Below, piece by piece: positions 42,593 through 51,062 of a stretch of 64,000 nucleotides of DNA. The translations under genes were made by a program, and so were the position numbers. Numbering within the stretch: the stretch's first letter is position 1; every line of letters starts with the position of its first letter. The notes beneath the pieces are model-generated. The model ran no database searches and was not told where the DNA came from. It saw only the letters and a program-made list of their open reading frames with translations. Origin of the DNA: an uncultured Rhodobacterales bacterium (GTDB taxonomy: Bacteria > Pseudomonadota > Alphaproteobacteria > Rhodobacterales > Rhodobacteraceae); contig CAXBLK010000002.1 of NCBI GenBank assembly GCA_963976645.1, forward strand, positions 10,159 through 74,158. The letters run 5' to 3'.

Positions 42593-44110
42593 CTATAGAA
42601 TTGTGCGGCGCCCTTTGCGTGGCGGCTGCCGGGGGCGGTCGGCCGGGCGAGAGACGCCCAGTGCCACGCCGGAATGCGCTTGCCGCATCCGCTCTTGCCG
42701 TGCGGCGGCGATGGTGGTTTTCAGGGCTTCGGCGTATCCCAATAGCGCCCCGGCCATCAGCCAGGTGAACGGGATCAATGTGGCGTTGGGCAACAGGTCC
42801 ACCATGTTGACCGCCAGGATCAGGCCCAGCGTGGACACGGCGATCGGCACAGGCGGGGCCTGCGGCTTTCTGGCCTGCCACCACAGGCTCAGAACCGGCA
42901 GGGCCAGTAGCCCGAACATGGCGATATAGCCCAGCCAGCCGTAATGCCCGATGGTGATGATCCACTGACCGTCGACGATCGACTGTGTTCGGCCTGTTGC
43001 CGGATCATAGACCATGAATCGCCCCCAGCCGCCCCAGCCGAACAGCGGCTTGGCCTCGACATGGGCCAGGATGCGGTCCTCGTTGGTGAATCGATAATTG
43101 AGCGACTGCGCGCGCTCCTCGTTGAAGCTTTCGACGAAGGCGACCAGCTCGGCCGTCGGCACCGCGCCCGAGCCGCGCAGCAACGGATAGGCCAGCACCA
43201 CAACCACCAGCATTGCCGAGACCGCCAGATGGGCCCGGGGCTTCAGCAGAAGCACGGCGGGAACGAAAACCACGGTAAAGACCAGTGCGCCCATGGATTT
43301 GGTGATGACCACCAGGCCGAAGATGCCGACAACGACCAGGAACCGTTTCAGCTTTGCCCTGGATTCGGCCTCTCTGACCATGGCCGCCGCCGCCATCGTG
43401 CACATGAAGGCAAAGAACGCCACCCACAGACCGTGCGGCATGAAAACGAAGGGCCGGAAGCCGCCGTTGCGCATGGCCTGGGCAAAGTCATGCTGAAAGA
43501 AGCCATAAAGCCTGGTGTGAAGCTGCGGGCTGAATCGCACCTCCCACAGCATGGGCAGGGCATAGATCCCGGCAGCGATGACCAGCGCGATCAGGATTTC
43601 CCGGATCGCCTGTTCCGAGCGCAGCGCAATCCGCGCCAGAAAGAAGGGCAGCATCAGGAACACCTGCTGCGCCAGCGCGGAGATGGAATCGTAGATGCGC
43701 AACCCGGGCAGGCCCCAGACCTCCAGCGCGTTTGGGTCCACCAGGCGCATGGTGCCGAAAGTATCGACGCCGAACGGCACGGCCTCCAGATTGGTCAGCA
43801 CCGTGATCGCCGGGCTGACGATGAACAGCACCAGCAGGATGCGCCCAACCCAGCCCCTGGGGAACAGCTCGGGCATCTTTCCCCAGACCGCCAGGCTGAT
43901 GCCAAACGCCATCAGGTTCGGAATGGTTTCCTTGTTCAGTGCCGGCACGATCGGCAGGTCAATGGCCGAAATCTGTGGCAGGAACATATAGGGGCCCAGA
44001 ATCGACCAGATCAGCGCCCGCTCGAACGGAAGTTTCCTGAACAGAAAGACAGCCATCAGCGGCCAGCCCAGCAAGGCCAACAGCGCCGTGGTATTGCCGA
44101 TCTGGATCAT
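42593..44110 (-). CDS. Wzy / O-antigen-ligase-like polysaccharide polymerase
   Basis: 505 aa with ~12 hydrophobic segments, SLNYRF, PLFGWGGWGR and DGQWIITIGHYGWLG (Wzy_C-like region). Confidence 0.75.
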   Translation of the reverse strand: MIQIGNTTALLALLGWPLMAVFLFRKLPFERALIWSILGPYMFLPQISAIDLPIVPALNKETIPNLMAFGISLAVWGKMPELFPRGWVGRILLVLFIVSPAITVLTNLEAVPFGVDTFGTMRLVDPNALEVWGLPGLRIYDSISALAQQVFLMLPFFLARIALRSEQAIREILIALVIAAGIYALPMLWEVRFSPQLHTRLYGFFQHDFAQAMRNGGFRPFVFMPHGLWVAFFAFMCTMAAAAMVREAESRAKLKRFLVVVGIFGLVVITKSMGALVFTVVFVPAVLLLKPRAHLAVSAMLVVVVLAYPLLRGSGAVPTAELVAFVESFNEERAQSLNYRFTNEDRILAHVEAKPLFGWGGWGRFMVYDPATGRTQSIVDGQWIITIGHYGWLGYIAMFGLLALPVLSLWWQARKPQAPPVPIAVSTLGLILAVNMVDLLPNATLIPFTWLMAGALLGYAEALKTTIAAARQERMRQAHSGVALGVSRPADRPRQPPRKGRRTIL

Positions 44111-44291
44111 GCCCGCGCGCCTTTGTGACGCAGCGGCGCCAAACGCGCCCTCATTCTGCCGTGCCTCTCAGCCTGTCGCCCCTTGCCGGGGGTTTGATGA
44201 TACTGTGCCCAATTCTTAACAAAGTTTCCCGATACTGTCTGCGTATCGGTTTCAATCTTGCGGCAAAATGCGGTCATAGTATGAGGTTTTC

Positions 44292-45056
44292 GTGGAGTTT
44301 TCCTTTCCGCCCCACACAATCCGGGTGAATATCCCCGATACGGGGGAATTGCTGACCGAGGTGCGCCGCCGCATGCGGAATGGCGAAGGCTATGCGCTGG
44401 CGACGATCAACCTGGATCACCTGGTGAAACTGTCGCGCGATCCCGCGTTCCGCCAATCCTATGCGGCGCAGGATCTGGTCTGCGCCGATGGCAATCCCAT
44501 CGTCTGGCTGTCGCGCGTTGCGCGGCGGCCGGTATCGCTGGTTCCCGGATCGGACGTGGTGCTGCCGCTGGCCGCGCTGGCGGAAAGGAACGCCATTTCC
44601 GTCGCGCTCATGGGTTCCACCGACGAGGCATTGGCGCAAGCCGCCGAGGCGATGAAACAGGCGGTTCCCGGCCTGACCATCGCCGCCCGGATCGCACCGC
44701 CCATGGGATTTGATCCCCAGGGGGACGATGCCGTCGTCATTCTGGATCAATTGGTGAAATCAGGCGCCGGTCTGGTGTTCATCGCGCTGGGCGCCCCCAA
44801 GCAGGAAGCCTTTGCCGCGCTGGGCCGCAAGCTGGCGCCGCGCATGGGGTTTGCCAGCATCGGCGCCAGCCTGGACTTTCTGGCCGGGCGCCAGACCCGC
44901 GCGCCGCATTGGGTGCGCGCGATAGCCATGGAATGGGCCTGGCGGATGATGTCGAACCCGAGGCGGCTGTTCAAACGCTATGCCGAATGCGCGTTGATCC
45001 TGCCGGGATACGCGTTGCGCGCCTGCCGGCAACGGTGGAGCGATGGCGGGGTATAA
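44292..45056 (+). CDS. WecB/TagA/CpsF-family glycosyltransferase
   Basis: TINLDH, ADG, VPGSD, VFIALGAPKQE, IGASLDFLAG, RAPHW and EWAWR. Confidence 0.92.
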   Translation: MEFSFPPHTIRVNIPDTGELLTEVRRRMRNGEGYALATINLDHLVKLSRDPAFRQSYAAQDLVCADGNPIVWLSRVARRPVSLVPGSDVVLPLAALAERNAISVALMGSTDEALAQAAEAMKQAVPGLTIAARIAPPMGFDPQGDDAVVILDQLVKSGAGLVFIALGAPKQEAFAALGRKLAPRMGFASIGASLDFLAGRQTRAPHWVRAIAMEWAWRMMSNPRRLFKRYAECALILPGYALRACRQRWSDGGV

Positions 45057-45067
45057 CCCCGCCCTAC
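45045..45067 (-). repeat. GTAG-type REP palindrome, copy 3 (contains the stop of the WecB/TagA gene)
   Basis: Minus strand reads GTAG-GGCGGGGT-TAT-ACCCCGCC. Confidence 0.75.
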
Positions 45068-45070
45068 CGC

Positions 45071-46036
45071 CTATTTGTATTCGATCAACCGTGCCTTGCC
45101 GCGCGTCAGGCGCCGCGCATGGAAACGCAGCGCACCCACGGCTTCGGCCAGCTTGCCCAGCGTGCTGAAAAACGCGGGCTTCAGCCCCATGGACCGTGAC
45201 AGGCGCAGCACCTGAAGCGGATAGGCCAGCAGCACCAGCACCGCCGCCGGGTGCAGCAGCGATCCCAGCAGTGCAAAAAGCGGAATCCCCAGGCCCCAGA
45301 TCCAGATACGCCGTGTCTCGGCCGCCCAATGCGGCATCTGCGGCGTGGAAAACCGCGCCGACCCTTCGGCAAAGGCATGGCCCGCGCGCTCTGCGCGTTT
45401 CCACCATTGCCTGAACCGGTGCATGTCGGCGTCATGCCAGGTCATTTCCGCGTCAATCCGGCGGATCTGCCAGCCCTCCTTGCGCAGGCGCAGACACAGT
45501 TCCGGCTCCTCGCCGGCGATCAGATCCTCGCGGTAGCCGCCCGCCCGCACCACCACGTCGTAGCGCATCAGCGCATCGCCACCGCAGGCCAGCGCCTCGC
45601 CGACCGGCGTGTCCCATTCCGCGTCGATCATGGCGTTGTAAAGGCTGGCCTGGGGAAACCTCTCACGCCGCCGACCGCAGACCACCGCCACGCGCGGCGC
45701 GTCCTGCAACACCCGCGCAGCGGCGCCGATCCACCCGTCGCGCAGCGCGCAGTCGCCGTCGATGAACTGCACGTAGCGCGGCGGATCATCGGCCAGCGCC
45801 GCCAGCCCGGCGTTGCGCGCGCGCGCGGCGGTGAAGGGCAGGCTCATGTCCAGCGCGACACCGGCTGCACCGGCATCGGTTGCCGCCTGAACGCTGCCAT
45901 CGGTGGAGCCTGAATCGACATAGATCACCCGGCGCACCTGCCCGGACAGGGACTGAAGGCAGGCGATCAGCCGCGCGCCCTCGTTGCGGCCAATGACCAC
46001 GGCGTCGATCGCGGGGGGTTCGGGTGCGGTTTGCAT
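45071..46036 (-). CDS. Glycosyltransferase family 2
   Basis: VVIGRNEG, YVDSGSTDGS, FTAARARNAG, FIDGDC and AGEEPELC, plus a C-terminal membrane segment. Confidence 0.9.
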   Translation of the reverse strand: MQTAPEPPAIDAVVIGRNEGARLIACLQSLSGQVRRVIYVDSGSTDGSVQAATDAGAAGVALDMSLPFTAARARNAGLAALADDPPRYVQFIDGDCALRDGWIGAAARVLQDAPRVAVVCGRRRERFPQASLYNAMIDAEWDTPVGEALACGGDALMRYDVVVRAGGYREDLIAGEEPELCLRLRKEGWQIRRIDAEMTWHDADMHRFRQWWKRAERAGHAFAEGSARFSTPQMPHWAAETRRIWIWGLGIPLFALLGSLLHPAAVLVLLAYPLQVLRLSRSMGLKPAFFSTLGKLAEAVGALRFHARRLTRGKARLIEYK

Positions 46037-46171
46037 GACTGCCCACGGGGATACGGCAGCCGCTTTGCCCCTGTCCAGCACGCAAGGTTATTGCCCGTGC
46101 CCTCTGGGCAAAGCCCGCGCGATGTGTTGCATTCCTGCCAAGCGGAAAAACGGCAGCGAAAGGACAGATCC

Positions 46172-47341
46172 ATGACACACGCGCAGATCGTCGGTTGGAG
46201 CCATTCCCGGTTCGGCAAGTCCGAACAGCCCGACACCGAACACCTGATCGCCGAGATCCTGGCCCCCGCGCTGGACCATGCCGGGATCGGTGCCGAGGAT
46301 GTTGACGGCATATTCGTCGGCGTTTTCAACGGCGGGTTCAGCCGGCAGGATTTTCAGGGCGCGCTGGTCGCACTGGCCGAGGACAAACTGCGCCATGTCC
46401 CGGCGATCCGCTATGAAAACGCCTGCGCGACCGGTTCAGCCGCGCTGTATGGCGCGCTGGATTTCATCGAAAGCGGGCGCGGGCGGATCGCGCTGGTGGT
46501 CGGCGCGGAAAAGATGACCGCAACCCCCACGGCCGAGGTCGGCGACATCCTGCTGGGCGCGTCCTATGTGGCCGAGGAAGCCGATGTGCCCGCCGGTTTC
46601 GCCGGGCTGTTCGGCAAGGTCGCGGGCAGCTATTTCCAGAAATACGGCGATCAATCCGACGCGCTGGCGATGATCGCCGCCAAGAACCACAAGAACGGGA
46701 TGAACAACCCCTACGCCCATATGCGCAAGGATTTCGGGTTCGAATTCTGCAACACCGTGTCCGACAAGAACCCCCATGTTGCCGGGCCCCTGCGGCGCAC
46801 CGATTGCTCGCTGGTGTCCGACGGCGCGGCGATTCTGGTTCTGGCCGATGCCGAAACCGCCGCCACCCTGAACCGCGCCATCGGCTTTCGCGCGCGGGTG
46901 CAGATGAATGACTTCCTGCCCATGTCCCGGCGCGACGTCCTGGACATGACCGGCGCGCGCAAGGCCTGGGCCGGGGCGCTTGAGGGCGCGAAGGCCAGTC
47001 TTGATGACCTCTCGTTCGTGGAAACCCACGACTGTTTCACCATCGCCGAGATGCTGGAATATGAGGCCATGGGCCTGGCCGAACGCGGGCAAGGGCACCG
47101 GGTGATCCGTGACGGCCTCACCGCGATGGATGGCAAACTGCCGGTCAACCCCTCGGGCGGGCTGAAATCCAAGGGCCATCCCATTGGTGCCACCGGCGTG
47201 TCGCAGCATGTCATGGCCGCCATGCAACTTGCGGGTGACGCGGGTGACATGCAGGTGCCGGGAGCGGAGTTGGGCGCGGTGTTCAACATGGGCGGTCTGG
47301 CGGTGGCGAATTACTGCTCCATCCTGGAGCGCGTGAAATGA
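46172..47341 (+). CDS. Thiolase-like acetyl-CoA acetyltransferase (SCP2/HDCF type)
   Basis: ENACATG (catalytic Cys), GAEKM, DCSLVSDGA, ETHDCF, NPSGGLKSKGHPIGATG. Confidence 0.88.
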   Translation: MTHAQIVGWSHSRFGKSEQPDTEHLIAEILAPALDHAGIGAEDVDGIFVGVFNGGFSRQDFQGALVALAEDKLRHVPAIRYENACATGSAALYGALDFIESGRGRIALVVGAEKMTATPTAEVGDILLGASYVAEEADVPAGFAGLFGKVAGSYFQKYGDQSDALAMIAAKNHKNGMNNPYAHMRKDFGFEFCNTVSDKNPHVAGPLRRTDCSLVSDGAAILVLADAETAATLNRAIGFRARVQMNDFLPMSRRDVLDMTGARKAWAGALEGAKASLDDLSFVETHDCFTIAEMLEYEAMGLAERGQGHRVIRDGLTAMDGKLPVNPSGGLKSKGHPIGATGVSQHVMAAMQLAGDAGDMQVPGAELGAVFNMGGLAVANYCSILERVK

Positions 47342-48939
47342 GGATCGATCTGTCGCAGGGCATCGCGCCGGTGTCCGCCCGGGTGATGAACCTGTCGCAT
47401 TTCCTGACCGATACCGCCCGCCGCCACCCGGATGCGCCGGCTTTCATCTGGGGCGATCAAACCTGGACCTGGGCGCAGACAGAGGCCCGCGCCGCCGCCT
47501 TTGCCGAGGCGCTGATACGGCGGTTCAACGTGCAAAAAGGCGACCGCATTCTGGTCCAATCGGCCAACAACAACCAGATGGTCGAGGCCATGTTCGGCTG
47601 TTGGCGCGCGGGCTGCATCTGGGTGCCCGCCAACTTCCGCCAAACGCCTGATGACGTGGCCTTTCTGGCGCAATCATCACAGGCACGCGGGCTTCTGGTG
47701 GGGGCGGAATTCGCCGCTCATGCCGCCGCCTGCGCCCCGACGCTGGATTTTACCATCTCCATCGGCGCCAGCGATTTCGCGGACGATTATGAAACCCTGA
47801 TCGCCCCGTTCATCGGCCAATCCCGCCCCGCCGCGGCCGTTCAGCGCGATGATCCGTGCTGGTTCTTCTTCACATCCGGCACCACGGGCCGGCCCAAGGC
47901 CGCCGTGCTGACCCATGGCCAGATGGGCTTTGTCACAACCAACCACCTGTGCGACCTGATGCCCGGCACCGGGCCGGACTGGGGCAGCGATGACGCCTCG
48001 CTGATCGTCGCGCCGCTGTCGCATGGCGCGGGCGTGCATCTGCTGGGGCAGGTCGCGCATGGCGTGGTGTCGGTGCTGCCTTCGGGTGCGAAAATGGATC
48101 CGGCGCAAATCTGGGCTCTGGTCGAACAACACCGCATCACCAACATGTTCACCGTGCCGACCATCGTCAAACTGCTGGTCGAACACCCCGCCGTGGATCA
48201 ACATGACCATTCCAGCCTGCGCCACGTGATCTACGCCGGCGCGCCGATGTATCGCGCCGATCAGATCGCCGCGCTGGAAAGACTGGGCCCGGTTCTGGTG
48301 CAGTATTTCGGGCTGGGCGAGGTCACCGGCAACATCACCGTCCTGCCAGCAGCGCAGCATTCAACCGACGGCGACGCGCGCCTTGGCACCTGCGGTTTTG
48401 CCCGCACCGGGATGCAGGCACAGATCCAGCGCGAGGATGGCAGCGAATGCGACCCGCTGGAAACCGGCGAGATCTGCGCCATCGGTCCGGCCGTGTTCGC
48501 GGGGTATTTCAACAACCCCGAGGCCAACGCCAAATCCTTCCGTGACGGCTGGTTCCGCACCGGTGATCTGGGGCACATGGACGAGGACGGCTATGTCTAC
48601 CTGACCGGGCGTGCGTCGGACATGTATATCTCGGGCGGCTCCAACATCTACCCGCGAGAGATCGAGGAAAAGATCCTCCTGCACCCCGCCGTGTCCGAGG
48701 TCGCCGTTCTGGGCGTGCCCAACCGCAAATGGGGCGAGGTCGGCCTGGCTGTCTGTGTCTGCCGTGAACCGGTAAAGGCCGCCGATCTTCTGGCCTGGCT
48801 GTCCGACAAGGTTGCGCGCTACAAGATGCCGCATCACGTGGTGTTCTGGTCTGAGATGCCCAAATCCGCCTATGGCAAGATCACCAAGAAGCTGATCCTC
48901 GAGGCGCTGATCCGACGCGGCCAGCTTCCTCCCGAATGA
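47338..48939 (+). CDS. Acyl-CoA synthetase (AMP-forming)
   Basis: FTSGTTGRPK, APLSHG, YFGLGE, GWFRTGD, GRASDMYISGGSNIYPREIE and GKITK. Confidence 0.9.
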   Translation: MRIDLSQGIAPVSARVMNLSHFLTDTARRHPDAPAFIWGDQTWTWAQTEARAAAFAEALIRRFNVQKGDRILVQSANNNQMVEAMFGCWRAGCIWVPANFRQTPDDVAFLAQSSQARGLLVGAEFAAHAAACAPTLDFTISIGASDFADDYETLIAPFIGQSRPAAAVQRDDPCWFFFTSGTTGRPKAAVLTHGQMGFVTTNHLCDLMPGTGPDWGSDDASLIVAPLSHGAGVHLLGQVAHGVVSVLPSGAKMDPAQIWALVEQHRITNMFTVPTIVKLLVEHPAVDQHDHSSLRHVIYAGAPMYRADQIAALERLGPVLVQYFGLGEVTGNITVLPAAQHSTDGDARLGTCGFARTGMQAQIQREDGSECDPLETGEICAIGPAVFAGYFNNPEANAKSFRDGWFRTGDLGHMDEDGYVYLTGRASDMYISGGSNIYPREIEEKILLHPAVSEVAVLGVPNRKWGEVGLAVCVCREPVKAADLLAWLSDKVARYKMPHHVVFWSEMPKSAYGKITKKLILEALIRRGQLPPE

Positions 48940-49757
48940 TCGCCACGCTGGCCCATCCCGGCCCGGCGTATGCCCGGCGCTGGGCCGCGCTCCCCTGCAG
49001 TGCACAACCAGTGGATCTGATCCTGCCGGTCGCGGACACTCTGGCGCAATCGGTGGCTCTGGCGCTGGCGGGTTTCGACGGCGGCTGGCTGGTGATCGAA
49101 GACGCGCCGCTCGCCAATCTGGAATTCGTGGTGCCGGGCGCCGATCCCACCGGCCAACATGCCGCGTGGTATGCCGGTCCGCACCGGATGGGCGCAGGAA
49201 AGGTCACGCATCTGGGCCTGTTCGCCGCCCTCAAAGACCGCGCGCCCTGGCTCCATGGTCACGGTGGCTTTGCGGCATCCGGCTGGAAGGGTCCCGATTT
49301 CGGGCATATCCTGCCGCTGGACTCGCGCCTTTCCACCCCCGCCCGCGCGCGCGGCTGGGCTCTCAGCGGCGCCGGTTTTGACGTGCAAACCGATCCCGAA
49401 ACAGGCTTTCCCCTGAATCAGCCCGCTGCCCTTGGTGGCGGACAGGGCGCGGCGCTGATTACCCTGCGCCCCAATCAGGACATGGCCACGGCGCTGGTGG
49501 CTGCCGCCGCCGAAGTCGGGATCGCACAGGGCCGCGTTTACGGGCTTGGCTCCGTCGTGCATCCGCATCTGACCGGCCAAGAACCCATCGACAGCTACGC
49601 CACCGAACTCCTGCTCACAGACGGGCGCATTGATGGCGGCAACGCCACGCTCGATGTTGATCTGGTCACCCTCTCGGGCACGCGGCACAGGGGCAGGCTG
49701 GAACCCGGCAAGAACGGCGTCTGCATCACCGCCGAACTCCTGGTCATCGCAGACTGA
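48936..49757 (+). CDS. Tandem PPC/DUF296-like domain protein
   Basis: Two ~130-aa halves with His motifs (WLHGHG; HPHL) and GxG elements. ATGA-coupled to the synthetase. The family call is tentative. Confidence 0.6.
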   Translation: MIATLAHPGPAYARRWAALPCSAQPVDLILPVADTLAQSVALALAGFDGGWLVIEDAPLANLEFVVPGADPTGQHAAWYAGPHRMGAGKVTHLGLFAALKDRAPWLHGHGGFAASGWKGPDFGHILPLDSRLSTPARARGWALSGAGFDVQTDPETGFPLNQPAALGGGQGAALITLRPNQDMATALVAAAAEVGIAQGRVYGLGSVVHPHLTGQEPIDSYATELLLTDGRIDGGNATLDVDLVTLSGTRHRGRLEPGKNGVCITAELLVIAD

Positions 49758-49764
49758 CCCCCGG

Positions 49765-49823
49765 CTTCATTTTTCTCAAAATACTCCGGGGGGCCCCGAA
49801 GGGGCGGGGGCAGCGCCCCCTCT
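49765..49823 (-). repeat. Double-hairpin intergenic repeat (family B), copy 2
   Basis: Minus strand reads AGAGGGGGCGCTGCCCCC-GCCCC/TTC/GGGGC-CCCCCGGAGTATTTTGAGAAAAATGAAG. Confidence 0.75.
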
Positions 49824-49827
49824 GGCG

Positions 49828-50349
49828 CTAAAAACCGGGCAATACCTGATCGCCGTGATCGCGCAGGTAGATTTGCAGCCATGGCGTAAACTCGGCGGGC
49901 GTATCCGCCATTGCGCCATGCAGGTCCGCGGCGTTGATCCAGTCGGTGTCCATCACCTCATCGGGGTTTGCGGTCAGCGGCGGGCGCGCGGCACAGTCGG
50001 CCAGGAACAGATCGACCACCTCATGCTCGATCATGTCGCCACCCACATCGGCGCGGTATTCCACAACGCCGCGCGGCTCCAGCGTCAGCCCGGTGATCCC
50101 TAATTCCTGCTCCAGCCGGCGATGCGCGCAGTCCAGCGGATCTTCACCCCACACGGGATGCGTGCAGCAGGTATTCGCCCACAGACCGGGTGTGTGATAC
50201 TTGCCCAGCGCCCGGCGCTGGATCAGCAGGCGCCCCTGGCACACCACGAACACCGACACCGCCGGATGCCGCAGGCCCTGTCGATGCACGGCCAGCTTGT
50301 CCATCGGCCTGAGCTGACCGTCGATCCACGCGGGAATATCCTGTTGCAT
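49828..50349 (-). CDS. idi: Isopentenyl-diphosphate delta-isomerase, type 1 (intact copy)
   Basis: HRQGLRHPAVSVF, QRRALGKYHTPGLWANTCCTHP, RLEQELG, YRADV, EHEVVD, NPDEV and FTPW. Confidence 0.94.
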   Translation of the reverse strand: MQQDIPAWIDGQLRPMDKLAVHRQGLRHPAVSVFVVCQGRLLIQRRALGKYHTPGLWANTCCTHPVWGEDPLDCAHRRLEQELGITGLTLEPRGVVEYRADVGGDMIEHEVVDLFLADCAARPPLTANPDEVMDTDWINAADLHGAMADTPAEFTPWLQIYLRDHGDQVLPGF

Positions 50350-50406
50350 GATGCGCGCCCCTTGTCCGGGCGGATCTATGCCGCATGATGCGGGGTTTTG
50401 GAAGGG

Positions 50407-50720
50407 TCAGAACAGACCCATAGCCACGCCCGCCACCGCCACACCGGCAATCAGGATGGCCAGCCCGGCCCCCCAGATCATCCGCCGTCGGCGCCGTTCC
50501 TGAACGGGCATGGTGTAGGGAATGCTGATAACCGGGCGCAGTTGCAGATCGCGCTCCACCCGCTGCGCGCTGCGCATCACGGGTTTGAGCCACTCCATCG
50601 CATAGGCCACGAACAGCCCCAGCCCGATCCCGGCAATCAACCCGATCAGCGCCACCTTCTTGCGGCTGGTCGAGATGGGATATTCGGGCACCAGCGCGCG
50701 TTCAAGCAGCTCGAAGCGTT
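50407..50720 (-). pseudogene. Duplicated 3' fragment of the wzz/GumC-like gene
   Basis: Identical to the last ~104 codons of 51063-52364. It lacks the native start. Confidence 0.85.
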
Positions 50721-51005
50721 AACGCCGCGCGGCTCCAGCGTCAGCCCGGTGATCCCTAATTCCTGCTCCAGCCGGCGATGCGCGCAGTCCAGCGGATCTT
50801 CACCCCACACGGGATGCGTGCAGCAGGTATTCGCCCACAGACCGGGTGTGTGATACTTGCCCAGCGCCCGGCGCTGGATCAGCAGGCGCCCCTGGCACAC
50901 CACGAACACCGACACCGCCGGATGCCGCAGGCCCTGTCGATGCACGGCCAGCTTGTCCATCGGCCTGAGCTGACCGTCGATCCACGCGGGAATATCCTGT
51001 TGCAT
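50646..51005 (-). pseudogene. Truncated idi copy: first 95 codons fused out of frame to wzz sequence
   Basis: Identical to Idi up to ...LEPRGV, then NASSCLNARWCP...stop. It lacks the EHEVVD catalytic region. Confidence 0.85.
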
Positions 51006-51062
51006 GATGCGCGCCCCTTGTCCGGGCGGATCTATGCCGCATGATGCGGGGTTTTGGAAGGG

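Noticed and set aside
42500-42965. 465-nt N-terminal extension of the PKS in the ORF track (2268 aa)
   Set aside because: It overlaps the 3' end of the wzy-like gene on the same strand and is compositionally nonsensical. KS homology begins just after MSADPQ at 42500.
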